The position numbers and the translations under genes were made by a program. This document shows positions 9,687-18,020 of a stretch of 36,300 nucleotides of DNA, one piece after another. Position 1 is the first letter of the stretch. Each line of letters starts with the position of its first letter. Origin of the DNA: Candidatus Heimdallarchaeota archaeon (lineage in GTDB: Archaea; Asgardarchaeota; Heimdallarchaeia; Heimdallarchaeales; Heimdallarchaeaceae); contig JAEOTE010000009.1 of NCBI GenBank assembly GCA_016839945.1, positions 1 through 36,300 of the forward strand, in the 5' to 3' direction. A model generated the notes under the pieces. That model saw nothing but the letters and a program-made list of their open reading frames with translations. It was not told where the DNA came from and did no database searches.

Positions 9687-10028
9687 ATGCCTGACATAAC
9701 AAATGAGAAAAAAAATCAGATTAGAATAATAGCTGAAAAATATAGCATAATTCTATCGAAGATTCCCTTTGAGGAGGGAGTTAGTATTTATTCAAAAACT
9801 TATCAAGCACTCCATATTCAATCAGCTCGATGGAGGTTTTGTCTTCTTTGTGGAAAAATAAAATACCCGGAAGGCTTCAGAAAGAACAATCACAAATGCG
9901 CTTATTTTTCCTCTAATGATTTTCCAATTCTTGTTAAAACTTCTTGGATAAAATTGGAGAATTTCTTTCTTTCTCGGAAATTTCTTGACATTCTTAAAGA
10001 AGGGGGTATTATTATTGAAGAAGGGTAA
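9687..10028 (+). CDS. Uncharacterised small Cys/His zinc-binding protein, paralog B
   Basis: ATG at 9687 (MPDIT). Motifs ARWRFCLLCG, HKC and TSWIKLENFFL. Confidence 0.75.
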   Translation: MPDITNEKKNQIRIIAEKYSIILSKIPFEEGVSIYSKTYQALHIQSARWRFCLLCGKIKYPEGFRKNNHKCAYFSSNDFPILVKTSWIKLENFFLSRKFLDILKEGGIIIEEG

Positions 10029-10105
10029 AAAACTATTAATTAACAAATGTAAGAATTCTTTAATTCTTTAATTGATAGTTTTGAAAAAAAAAGAAAAGGA
10101 AGAGA

Positions 10106-11179
10106 TTATTTCTTCTTTGTTACTATTCTAATTACTAAGACCATTGCTAAAACAGATACAGAACTTATTGTAATGATTTCTAAAGCTCCTAAACCAGCAT
10201 TATCTTCTATTACAGGTCCTTCAAGAGATCCTATGGAGGGATCATAAACAACTTCATCATCAAAATGTTCAAAGCTGAGATAAGTTTGGACTGACCCATC
10301 ACCTAGTGTAGAATATGATGCATTAACAGTCTTGTACTCATATTGATTAGAGATGTTGTATTTAGCTTTATTTGCATAAGCAAAGAATGCTTTATATTGT
10401 TCAGTTCCAATTATAAATTGTTCTTTAACTTGAGCATTATTCTGAACTTTTACTTCATCTCCTGTTGTATTTTGATTTTGATTAACGGTTAATCCATTGG
10501 TATCATTAAGTCTATAGGAATTGGTTGTGGGTATAATATCAAAACGTAAAGCTAAGTTAGTGTCATTTCTTTGCCAAGGCCAATTGTTCATGACAATGTC
10601 GAATTTCATTTCAGCTCCACCGATGATTTCATAACCATCAATTGATTGATCATTAAGATACATATGAACAACTATTTTCATTTCAAAATCAGTATAATGA
10701 GGAACAGTAATACTATCAGATACATATTCGAAATGAACAGCTGATACTTCTTTCTGTTCTTCTGTTATATCAATATATTCTACATCAAAACCAGTGAAAT
10801 TCCATCTAACTGATGAAAGAGAGAGTACATTTGAATAAATTGGCATTGGTGGAGCCATATCTTTCCATATACCTGTTTCATCATATTGGAATACTCCATC
10901 TTCATTATAATCCATATATTCTGTTAACGACTTAAACATTATATTGAATGAAAAAGCACTTTCAAAGGCAAAAGCACTTCCAGTCAAGAATTGGAATTTT
11001 GGAACACTTCCTCCTGCTTTAGCAATAAATTCCAAATCATAATACTTGAAAGTTACTTGGTTGCTATTTTCTTCATAGAAGAAATCTTGGTCATCTGCAT
11101 TTACTTGTGTTAAAACAAGTAGCATCAAGAACATTGATCCTATTGTTAGGTTTAATATTCGTTTGTTCATTTTTATCAA
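10106..11179 (-). CDS. Secreted beta-rich surface protein with C-terminal TM anchor
   Basis: Signal peptide (likely start MNKRIL); N-glycosylation sequons (NFT, NDT, NIS, NAS); 'YDPSIG' precedes a TM helix and KKK tail. Confidence 0.75.
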   Translation of the reverse strand: MIKMNKRILNLTIGSMFLMLLVLTQVNADDQDFFYEENSNQVTFKYYDLEFIAKAGGSVPKFQFLTGSAFAFESAFSFNIMFKSLTEYMDYNEDGVFQYDETGIWKDMAPPMPIYSNVLSLSSVRWNFTGFDVEYIDITEEQKEVSAVHFEYVSDSITVPHYTDFEMKIVVHMYLNDQSIDGYEIIGGAEMKFDIVMNNWPWQRNDTNLALRFDIIPTTNSYRLNDTNGLTVNQNQNTTGDEVKVQNNAQVKEQFIIGTEQYKAFFAYANKAKYNISNQYEYKTVNASYSTLGDGSVQTYLSFEHFDDEVVYDPSIGSLEGPVIEDNAGLGALEIITISSVSVLAMVLVIRIVTKKK

Positions 11180-11309
11180 GTTCTTTTCCTCATCCCTTTT
11201 TGAATACGTTATTATTTATCAAACCAAAGCAACTTTATTTAAAAAATTAAAGAGCTTCCAAAGTAGATGAAAAAAAGCTAAAAATGAGAAAGAAAAATCA
11301 AAAAAAAAA

Positions 11310-12578
11310 TCAACCATAAATGGAAGTATCTGCGATAGTTTCTGGGTAATCCTCATCATCAAGATCCATAGGCTTAGCATTTGATTTGATTCTTTTAGGA
11401 TACCTTTTATGTTTTGACCTATCCTCAGTCCTTTCTTTCTGACTCAAATAGTATCGTCGTATATCTTTCTTCATAAAAAGCTCTATCCTTCGTATCATAT
11501 TCATTTCTTCATCTTCTACCAAAGAAATAGCTTTTCCTGCTCTTTCCATTCTAGAAGTTCTTCCTATTCTATGAACATAATCTTCAGGATTACCTACTGG
11601 GAGATCATAATTGAAAATATGAGAAACATGAGGAATATCAAGTCCTCTAGCTGCCACATCTGTTGCTATCAAACAATCAATTCTCTTTTTTCTAAAATTC
11701 TTCATAGTTATTTCTCTTTGTTTCTGAGACATATCTCCTTGTAACATACCAATTCTTAATTGAATTCTTTTATCATTCACCAATCTTTTCTGGAGATTAG
11801 CTCCCCATCTTTTTGTATTAACAAAAACTATACAAGATTGAGGTTTTTCTCTTTGGAGAAGTTGAATAAAATTATTGTATTTGTATCGGGAATTCTTAAC
11901 TTCATAGTAATATTGTTTACAAGAACCGACTGTTAGATCATCATGACTAACGTCTATTTCTACTAAATCTTCATCCCAGCTATAATCATGAGCTATTTTT
12001 TTTACTTCTTCAATCATAGTAGCTGAAAAAAGTAACAATCTTGGATAAACATTTTTCATTGCTTCAAAAAGGATATAGTCTACATCAGGTATAAAACCCA
12101 TATCTAGCATTCTATCTGCTTCATCTAAAACAACAAATCTCACTTCTTTGAATGAGATAGCTTTACGTTTATACAAATCAATAAGTCTTCCTGGAGTTGC
12201 TATTACTATTTGACTTCCTTTACGGATATTCTCTATTTGTCTATTAATTGAAACTCCACCATAAACTTCTACAGATCTTAACTGTCTGTATTTTGTTATA
12301 TCTCGAAAAACAGTGTAAACTTGTTTACAAAGTTCTCTTGTAGGTACCAAGACAACAGCTTGGACCTTGCTTAAAGAAGGATTAAGTTTTTCTACTATTG
12401 GAATAGCAAAAGCTAATGTTTTACCAGTTCCAGTTTTGGCTTGAGCCATAATGTGAGTATGATCTGCTTCAAAAATCTTAGGAATTGCTTTCTCTTGTAT
12501 ATCAGTTGGTGTATGTATTCGCATATCGTTTAAAGCACGTTTAATTTCGTTTTTTATGTTGTAATCTTCAAATTTCAT
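11310..12578 (-). CDS. DEAD-box ATP-dependent RNA helicase (CshA/DeaD-like)
   Basis: Q motif PTDIQ, AKTGTGKT, PTREL, TPGR, DEAD, SAT, ARGLD and HRIGRTSR. Start placed at ATG 12578 (MKFEDY). Confidence 0.95.
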   Translation of the reverse strand: MKFEDYNIKNEIKRALNDMRIHTPTDIQEKAIPKIFEADHTHIMAQAKTGTGKTLAFAIPIVEKLNPSLSKVQAVVLVPTRELCKQVYTVFRDITKYRQLRSVEVYGGVSINRQIENIRKGSQIVIATPGRLIDLYKRKAISFKEVRFVVLDEADRMLDMGFIPDVDYILFEAMKNVYPRLLLFSATMIEEVKKIAHDYSWDEDLVEIDVSHDDLTVGSCKQYYYEVKNSRYKYNNFIQLLQREKPQSCIVFVNTKRWGANLQKRLVNDKRIQLRIGMLQGDMSQKQREITMKNFRKKRIDCLIATDVAARGLDIPHVSHIFNYDLPVGNPEDYVHRIGRTSRMERAGKAISLVEDEEMNMIRRIELFMKKDIRRYYLSQKERTEDRSKHKRYPKRIKSNAKPMDLDDEDYPETIADTSIYG

Positions 12579-12802
12579 TTGTATCAGTTGTATTTTGTTT
12601 GTATCAAAAACTTGTACTATTGTAACTAAAGTAATTATTAGCAATCAATATCATAGTTTTTAAAGTGTTGAAAAAAATAGAATTATTCGTTTTACTTCTT
12701 TCTAATCTTCCTCAACTCTGAATTAATTTATCTATGAAGTCTTTAAAAGGCTTTGTTATTACAACAGAAAACAAAAAAAAAAAAATAATGAATAAAAACG
12801 GA

Positions 12803-12904
12803 TTATGCAAAAACCCTAATGAAGTATAAAGCTGGAAGTACTGAAATTATGCTTAGGAAGGCTGCATAGGCAAGTACTCCTATTCCTATTCGTAAGAATC
12901 TCAT
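12803..12904 (-). CDS. 33-aa single-pass membrane microprotein (not in ORF track)
   Basis: ATG 12904 to TAA 12803 reads MRFLRIGIGVLAYAAFLSIISVLPALYFIRVFA. It lies 19 nt downstream of the 77-aa ORF and is followed by an oligo-T tract on the minus strand. Confidence 0.6.
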   Translation of the reverse strand: MRFLRIGIGVLAYAAFLSIISVLPALYFIRVFA

Positions 12905-12923
12905 TAGATACACAGATCTAACT

Positions 12924-13157
12924 TCAACGTTTCTCCACAATCTGCGTAGATATGACATATTCATCCTCTATCACCTCCTTTGATTTCTTGGATTTGAACT
13001 TAGACTTGATTTTTGCAATTTTATCATAACGAATTTGAATATAGTCAGGGTTTGATTGATTATTCTTCTTGACCAATTCCTCCTTCAAAAATCGGAAACA
13101 TTCATCCAACATTTTTGAGGAGTTTCGTTGTCTCATCAAGTTGTTCAAATTTTTCAT
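12924..13157 (-). CDS. Small basic hypothetical protein (77 aa)
   Basis: Lys-rich. A minus-strand TTTATATA box at 13181-13188 lies ~24 nt before the ATG, which fits a leaderless transcript. Confidence 0.55.
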   Translation of the reverse strand: MKNLNNLMRQRNSSKMLDECFRFLKEELVKKNNQSNPDYIQIRYDKIAKIKSKFKSKKSKEVIEDEYVISTQIVEKR

Positions 13158-13354
13158 ATGTGTTCATATTGATGACATAGTATATAAACAAATCCATGAT
13201 TACATATATGTCCCCTATTTGATTACATAATAGGCTTATATCAAATGCCCTTAATTTCATTTATTATCAAAAATATTAAAACAAAAGTAATTTTAAATGA
13301 CGATAGAAAACAAACAAAAAAAGAGGTAAATATTGCCTACATATGTAGTTAATT

Positions 13355-13442
13355 TGATTACAAGAACAAACATTAGGTCATTTTTGCCAAAAGGGTCACA
13401 TATAAATAGTATGTCTCATATATGATTACAAGAACAAACATT
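13355..13442 (+). repeat. Perfect 20-bp direct repeat TGATTACAAGAACAAACATT, two copies flanking a TATA box
   Basis: Copies at 13355-13374 and 13423-13442; TATAAATA at 13401-13408 between them. Confidence 0.85.
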
Positions 13443-13449
13443 TGTAGAG

Positions 13450-13920
13450 GTGAATTTTATACCCGATGTAAAGGACTCAGAAAAAACACAGATCCGCTCT
13501 CGTGCAAGACGGTTTGCATTGGACTTACTTGATGCATCTTTAGGGGAAGGTTTGGAGCTATATAATGAAGTAATTGAAGATGCCGTCTTAGACAAAGAAA
13601 AAGGAGAGTACAAAGGGGGATTGTATAAAAGATCTGCACGTTGGAAAATCTGTTTGAAATGTGGAACCATAGCAGAAAAGGACGGATTAAAAGAAGAAAC
13701 ACACAAATGTGCATCAGGTTTTGGTAAATTACCCGTAATCATTCCTACAAGCTGGGTTGTACTGAAAGATTTTTTCCTCACTAATAGATATGTTCAAGCT
13801 CTACAAAAATTAGGAGTTGAGCCCATCCCCGCACGTAAAATTCCTATTAGCGTACCTGTTGAGGAAGAAGCTGAAATAGTTGTTGAAGAACCTGCTGAAG
13901 TACCAGACACAGTTAATTGA
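13450..13920 (+). CDS. Uncharacterised small Cys/His zinc-binding protein, paralog C (acidic/Pro-rich tail)
   Basis: IPDV..EK.QIR; ARWKICLKCG, HKC and TSWVVLKDFFL. Start is GTG 13450 or possibly ATA 13459. Confidence 0.75.
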   Translation: MNFIPDVKDSEKTQIRSRARRFALDLLDASLGEGLELYNEVIEDAVLDKEKGEYKGGLYKRSARWKICLKCGTIAEKDGLKEETHKCASGFGKLPVIIPTSWVVLKDFFLTNRYVQALQKLGVEPIPARKIPISVPVEEEAEIVVEEPAEVPDTVN

Positions 13921-13926
13921 GTCTTG

Positions 13927-14637
13927 TTATAGGTTTATTTCCTCAAACAATAATTCCTTATTATTCTCAATAAACTTCCAACCAAATCCAGGTAGATTAG
14001 AAACAGGTCCGTCTATACCTTTTGGAGTTCCTGTTTTTGTGTAAAGAATGTTAGTATTTCTTATAGCATTAAGAACTTCATATGGGGTCTTGAATTCTTC
14101 AATAAGTATTTTAGCTTTCTTAGGTCCTGCATCTAATAGTCCTTCAACAATGAAGACTCTTCTCTCTTCAATAGACATACCTTTAGGAGCCCTTCTAGAA
14201 AGAACAGGTTTTATGTCTTCAATTTGTTCTCTGTAAGCTATTCTCTCAATGACAATTACAGTGTCATCTATATTTCTTGTCGGAATAACAGCAATCCCCA
14301 ACTTATATGAGACATAAGCAAGAGCTCCATAAATAGAAGAAAGATTCATGCTTGTATTCTCTAAAGCGAGGTAATCAAATCCTTCTAAAATAAGTACTGG
14401 ATTTGGATAAGTATCAATTAAAAGTAGAAGTTGTTCAAACAACCTACCATCAATAATGGAAGAAATAAAATCTGAACCAGTTTTTCTTTCAATAGCAACG
14501 TCTTCTGAGATGATAATATCTGCTACTTCAAGGTTTTTAGTCTCATAACTGATTTTATCAGACTTCTTATCAAGACCTTTAGTTAATTTTCTTTCCCTGT
14601 GATCAATTATTATATGTAATTTAGTATTGGAGTTCAT
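13927..14637 (-). CDS. xpf: Stand-alone XPF/ERCC4-domain structure-specific endonuclease with HhH motifs
   Basis: 'IIIDHRE', 'ADIII' and 'IERKTGSDFISSIIDGRLFEQ' (ERKxxxD); HhH-like 'GLLDAGPKKA' and 'LPGFG'; no helicase domain. Confidence 0.9.
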   Translation of the reverse strand: MNSNTKLHIIIDHRERKLTKGLDKKSDKISYETKNLEVADIIISEDVAIERKTGSDFISSIIDGRLFEQLLLLIDTYPNPVLILEGFDYLALENTSMNLSSIYGALAYVSYKLGIAVIPTRNIDDTVIVIERIAYREQIEDIKPVLSRRAPKGMSIEERRVFIVEGLLDAGPKKAKILIEEFKTPYEVLNAIRNTNILYTKTGTPKGIDGPVSNLPGFGWKFIENNKELLFEEINL

Positions 14638-14717
14638 AACTTACAACTCGAAAGCTAAAATTCTAATTCATCTAACTTTCTTTTTATCATTTTAAATAAT
14701 TATTGTGTGTCAGCTAG

Positions 14718-14972
14718 CTAACCACTATATTCAATTCCTAGCTTATCGGCTAGATCAAAATTAGATGGTTCAACGAGAATAGTTTCGTCATCAAAGATAA
14801 TTGTAGGAACTTTTGTTTTGCCATCATTAAGTTCTTTCGTTTTTTCTTTTGCTTTTTCATCGAAATCAATATCAATCCATGTGTAGGATATGTTATGCAT
14901 ATCTAAGAATTTCTTAGATCTTTTACAATCTCCACACCATTTTGTTCCATAAATAACTTTGATAGAGACCAT
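14718..14972 (-). CDS. Glutaredoxin-like protein (mycoredoxin/NrdH-like)
   Basis: WCGDC active site, 'KVPTIIF' and 'LVEPS'; likely start ATG 14972 (MVSIK). Confidence 0.88.
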   Translation of the reverse strand: MVSIKVIYGTKWCGDCKRSKKFLDMHNISYTWIDIDFDEKAKEKTKELNDGKTKVPTIIFDDETILVEPSNFDLADKLGIEYSG

Positions 14973-15024
14973 TGGTTCATGAAAAACCAACATATATTTA
15001 AAATCTATTGTTTTTCTTGGGACA

Positions 15025-15417
15025 CTATGAAGATAGCACAAACACAGTACTTGCTATTATAAACAATATAGCAACAATGGTTTTTACGATAGGACATATT
15101 TTCATTGGAATTATAGATGTTCTAGCTCCAGTAAATATAGAAACGATTGCCATAACAATGAGAATTCCAGCTGAACTCAAATAAACTATAATTGGTACTA
15201 ATTCTGTAACGTCTCCAAAAGCAGTTACAAAAATCACGAGTACGCCAATAAATATGAAAGCTATTCCTTCAGCTATCCATTCCATTGTGATTATTCTTCT
15301 ATTATCTTCTGAGATCTCACCGAATCCTTTTACAATCGATTTTGTAGGCATTATATGTGCTATACCCCATACAGTAATTATTGAAGCTCCTATATAGATT
15401 AGAATCTCGTTAAACAT
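15025..15417 (-). CDS. Small 4-TM membrane hypothetical protein
   Basis: Four hydrophobic segments; likely start MFNEI at 15417. Confidence 0.7.
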   Translation of the reverse strand: MFNEILIYIGASIITVWGIAHIMPTKSIVKGFGEISEDNRRIITMEWIAEGIAFIFIGVLVIFVTAFGDVTELVPIIVYLSSAGILIVMAIVSIFTGARTSIIPMKICPIVKTIVAILFIIASTVFVLSS

Positions 15418-15577
15418 AGTATAACAGCTTCTATGAGTCAATTAAAAATATTTCGCGAACTGTATCTTGCTTTTTTATTAAATGAAGGAAATTGATTTTT
15501 GACAAAGTAGAATCTTTTTTAATGGAGGAAATTGCACTCAACATAGAACCTTAAGATTGATATTTAGAGGAAGATAA

Positions 15578-17215
15578 ATGCCACAAAATGTTATCATTGC
15601 AGAGAAATTGGAAACAATTCCTATTGAAGAAATTCGTTCAGTTAAAGGGGAGATTATTATTTCAGAATCATATCCTAGTTATCTAGTTGATGAGTCTAAA
15701 ATCAGTGGCGGTCATGCAGAATATTTGTTCTTTCCTAATGATGAAAACGAAATAGTATCCATTGTACAGAAAATCAAGGAAGAAGAGATAATGATAACTG
15801 TTTCTGCAGCAAGAACTGGTATTGTAGGTAGTGCAGTTCCATTTGGAGGAGCTGTTCTTTCATTAGAAAGAATGGATAAAGTTCTTGGTTTAGGATATGA
15901 TGAAGAAAATGAAAAATGGTTTGTTCGCGTTCAACCAAGTATAGCATTAAATGAAATTAATGATATTGTTAAGTTTAAGAAATTTGAGGATAACCAAAGC
16001 ATTCCTCCAGAAAAGAAATGGGTAGAGAAATTTAGAGAAGTACCTACACAATATTATCCAGTAGATCCAACCGAAATGACTGCTTCCATAGGCGGAACAA
16101 TAGCTGCTAACGCATCAGGAGCTCGTTCCTTTAAATATGGTCCAACAAGATCATGGATCAGACGCATAAGAGTAATTTTGGGTTCAGGAGAAGTACTGGA
16201 TATCAAAAGAGGAGAGTATAAAGCTGTTAATAATACATTCGTTATCAAAACAAGCACTGAAGATTTAGAAGTAAAAATACCTGATTATAAAATGCCTCGA
16301 GCAAAAAATGCTGCAGGACTAATTTCAGGACACGATGTAGATTTAATTGATTTATTTATCGGCTCAGAGGGATTGTTTGGAGTTATTTCTGAAGTTGACG
16401 TTTGGTTAAAGGATTATACTTCCCAAATTTCTAATGTTGCTTTCTTTAAAGAAGAATCAGACGCAATTGACTTTGTAATAAAACTAAGAGACAATGATGA
16501 AGCCAAACCTGAATTTATAGAATTTTTTGATAATAATGCTTTAGATTTATTGAGAAACAAACAGAAAGAAGATCCTAAATTTGTTAATATGCCATCTATT
16601 TCCAAATCTATTAAAACAGCTATATCTTTTGATTTACCATATTCTGAGGAAGATTTGGAAAAGAACTTTAATGCAATTAGCAAAATACTTGAGGAATGTA
16701 ATTCAAGTTTAGAAGGAACTTGGAGTGGTTACGAAGAAAGAGAACTTGTACGCTTTAAGCATTTCAGACATGCAGTTCCTGAAATTGTAAACAACACAAT
16801 AGCAGAACGTAAAAAGAATCACCCAGATATTCACAAACTTGGAACAGATATGTCGGTAGAAGACGCACATATTAAGGAGATGATGAGTTTTTATCATCAA
16901 ACACTTGTTGAAGAAGAGCTAGAATACGTGATGTGGGGTCATATTGGAGATAATCATGTTCATGTAAATATCTTGCCTAGAAACATGGAGGAATTACAAA
17001 AAGGCAAAGAAATCTACAAAATATTTGCGGAAAAAGCTGTTTCATTTGGAGGTTCTGTTTCAGCGGAACATGGAATTGGAAAAATAAAACATGAATACCT
17101 AAAGATAATGTATGGCGAAGAAGGGATTCAACAAATGCGTGTTGTAAAAATGAGCATTGATCCTGATTGTGTTTTTAATTGTGGAAATATTTTTGGTAGA
17201 GAGGTGATAAAATGA
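15578..17215 (+). CDS. FAD-binding oxidoreductase, D-lactate dehydrogenase/GlcD (LctD-like) family
   Basis: FAD_binding_4 motifs 'ARTGIVGSAVP', 'ASIGGTIAANASG..SFKYG' and 'FIGSEGLFG'; metal-binding 'HIGDNHVHVN' and 'EHGIG'. Confidence 0.9.
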   Translation: MPQNVIIAEKLETIPIEEIRSVKGEIIISESYPSYLVDESKISGGHAEYLFFPNDENEIVSIVQKIKEEEIMITVSAARTGIVGSAVPFGGAVLSLERMDKVLGLGYDEENEKWFVRVQPSIALNEINDIVKFKKFEDNQSIPPEKKWVEKFREVPTQYYPVDPTEMTASIGGTIAANASGARSFKYGPTRSWIRRIRVILGSGEVLDIKRGEYKAVNNTFVIKTSTEDLEVKIPDYKMPRAKNAAGLISGHDVDLIDLFIGSEGLFGVISEVDVWLKDYTSQISNVAFFKEESDAIDFVIKLRDNDEAKPEFIEFFDNNALDLLRNKQKEDPKFVNMPSISKSIKTAISFDLPYSEEDLEKNFNAISKILEECNSSLEGTWSGYEERELVRFKHFRHAVPEIVNNTIAERKKNHPDIHKLGTDMSVEDAHIKEMMSFYHQTLVEEELEYVMWGHIGDNHVHVNILPRNMEELQKGKEIYKIFAEKAVSFGGSVSAEHGIGKIKHEYLKIMYGEEGIQQMRVVKMSIDPDCVFNCGNIFGREVIK

Positions 17216-18018
17216 AAATAGTTGTCCTTGTTAAACAAGTTCCTGAAGCAGATAAGGTTGCTGTTGATCCTGAAACAGGAACATTAATTCGCGAAGGTGT
17301 AGCATCTATACTTAATCCTTATTGTGAATATGCCCTTGATGAAGCTGTAAGACTTAAAGAAAGTTATACAGAGAAAGACATTGAAGTTGTTGCTATAAGT
17401 ATGGGTCCTCCACAAACAAAGAGCGCATTATTACGATGCTTAGAATTAGGTGCTGACAAAGCTTACTTATTATCTGATAGAAAATTTGCAGGTTCAGATG
17501 TATGGGCAACTTCAACTGCTTTAAAGGAAGGTGTTTCCAAACTTGAACCTGATTTTGATTTGATTTTGACAGGAAAACAAGCTATTGATGGTGATACAGC
17601 TCAAGTTCCTGCAGAAACTGCCGAACAGCTTGGTATTCCACAAATAACATATGGAATAGAAGTCAAAATTGATAATAAAAGAATAGAAGTAAAAAGAGAA
17701 ACTGATGAAGGGTATCAGATTCTTTCAACTCGTCTACCTGCTTTAGTAACAATGAGCAAGGGATCCAATATACGAAGAATACCTTCTATGAAGCAAGTTT
17801 TAGATTCCAGAAGAAAACCTCTGGATGTTGTTTCTGCTGATGATTTAGAATTAGATGAGAATAAAGTTGGATTGAAAGCTTCTCCTACACAAGTATCGAG
17901 AGTTTTTGCTCCACCTACGAAGGTTGGTGGAGATGTTATTGATGGAAGCGATCCCAAAATTGCAGCTCAAAAGCTTCTGGAATACTTAGTGAATAATAAA
18001 TATTTGAAGGATGTGTAA
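17212..18018 (+). CDS. etfB: Electron transfer flavoprotein beta subunit
   Basis: 'VKQVP', 'NPYCEYA', 'SDRKFAGSD' and 'GKQAIDGDTAQV'; GAGGTGA SD; 4-nt overlap with the upstream gene. Confidence 0.95.
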   Translation: MKIVVLVKQVPEADKVAVDPETGTLIREGVASILNPYCEYALDEAVRLKESYTEKDIEVVAISMGPPQTKSALLRCLELGADKAYLLSDRKFAGSDVWATSTALKEGVSKLEPDFDLILTGKQAIDGDTAQVPAETAEQLGIPQITYGIEVKIDNKRIEVKRETDEGYQILSTRLPALVTMSKGSNIRRIPSMKQVLDSRRKPLDVVSADDLELDENKVGLKASPTQVSRVFAPPTKVGGDVIDGSDPKIAAQKLLEYLVNNKYLKDV

Positions 18019-18020
18019 AG

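Noticed and set aside
12579-12644. N-terminal extension of the DEAD-box helicase (likewise the upstream starts at 15041, 8092, 9678 and 22304)
   Set aside because: These upstream starts are mostly alternative codons or overlap a neighbouring gene; downstream ATGs match family N-termini or SD spacing better.
12803-13157. UGA readthrough (selenocysteine) fusing the 77-aa and 33-aa ORFs
   Set aside because: The two ORFs are in different frames and no SECIS-like element is evident.
13355-13442. 20-bp direct repeat with a 48-bp spacer as a mini CRISPR array
   Set aside because: Only two copies, the repeat is short, the spacer contains a TATA box, and there are no cas genes in the window.
11310-14637. 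Helicase + ERCC4 nuclease as a split Hef/FANCM or a defence system
   Set aside because: The helicase is an ordinary DEAD-box RNA helicase rather than Hef-type, and the genes are separated by three other ORFs.
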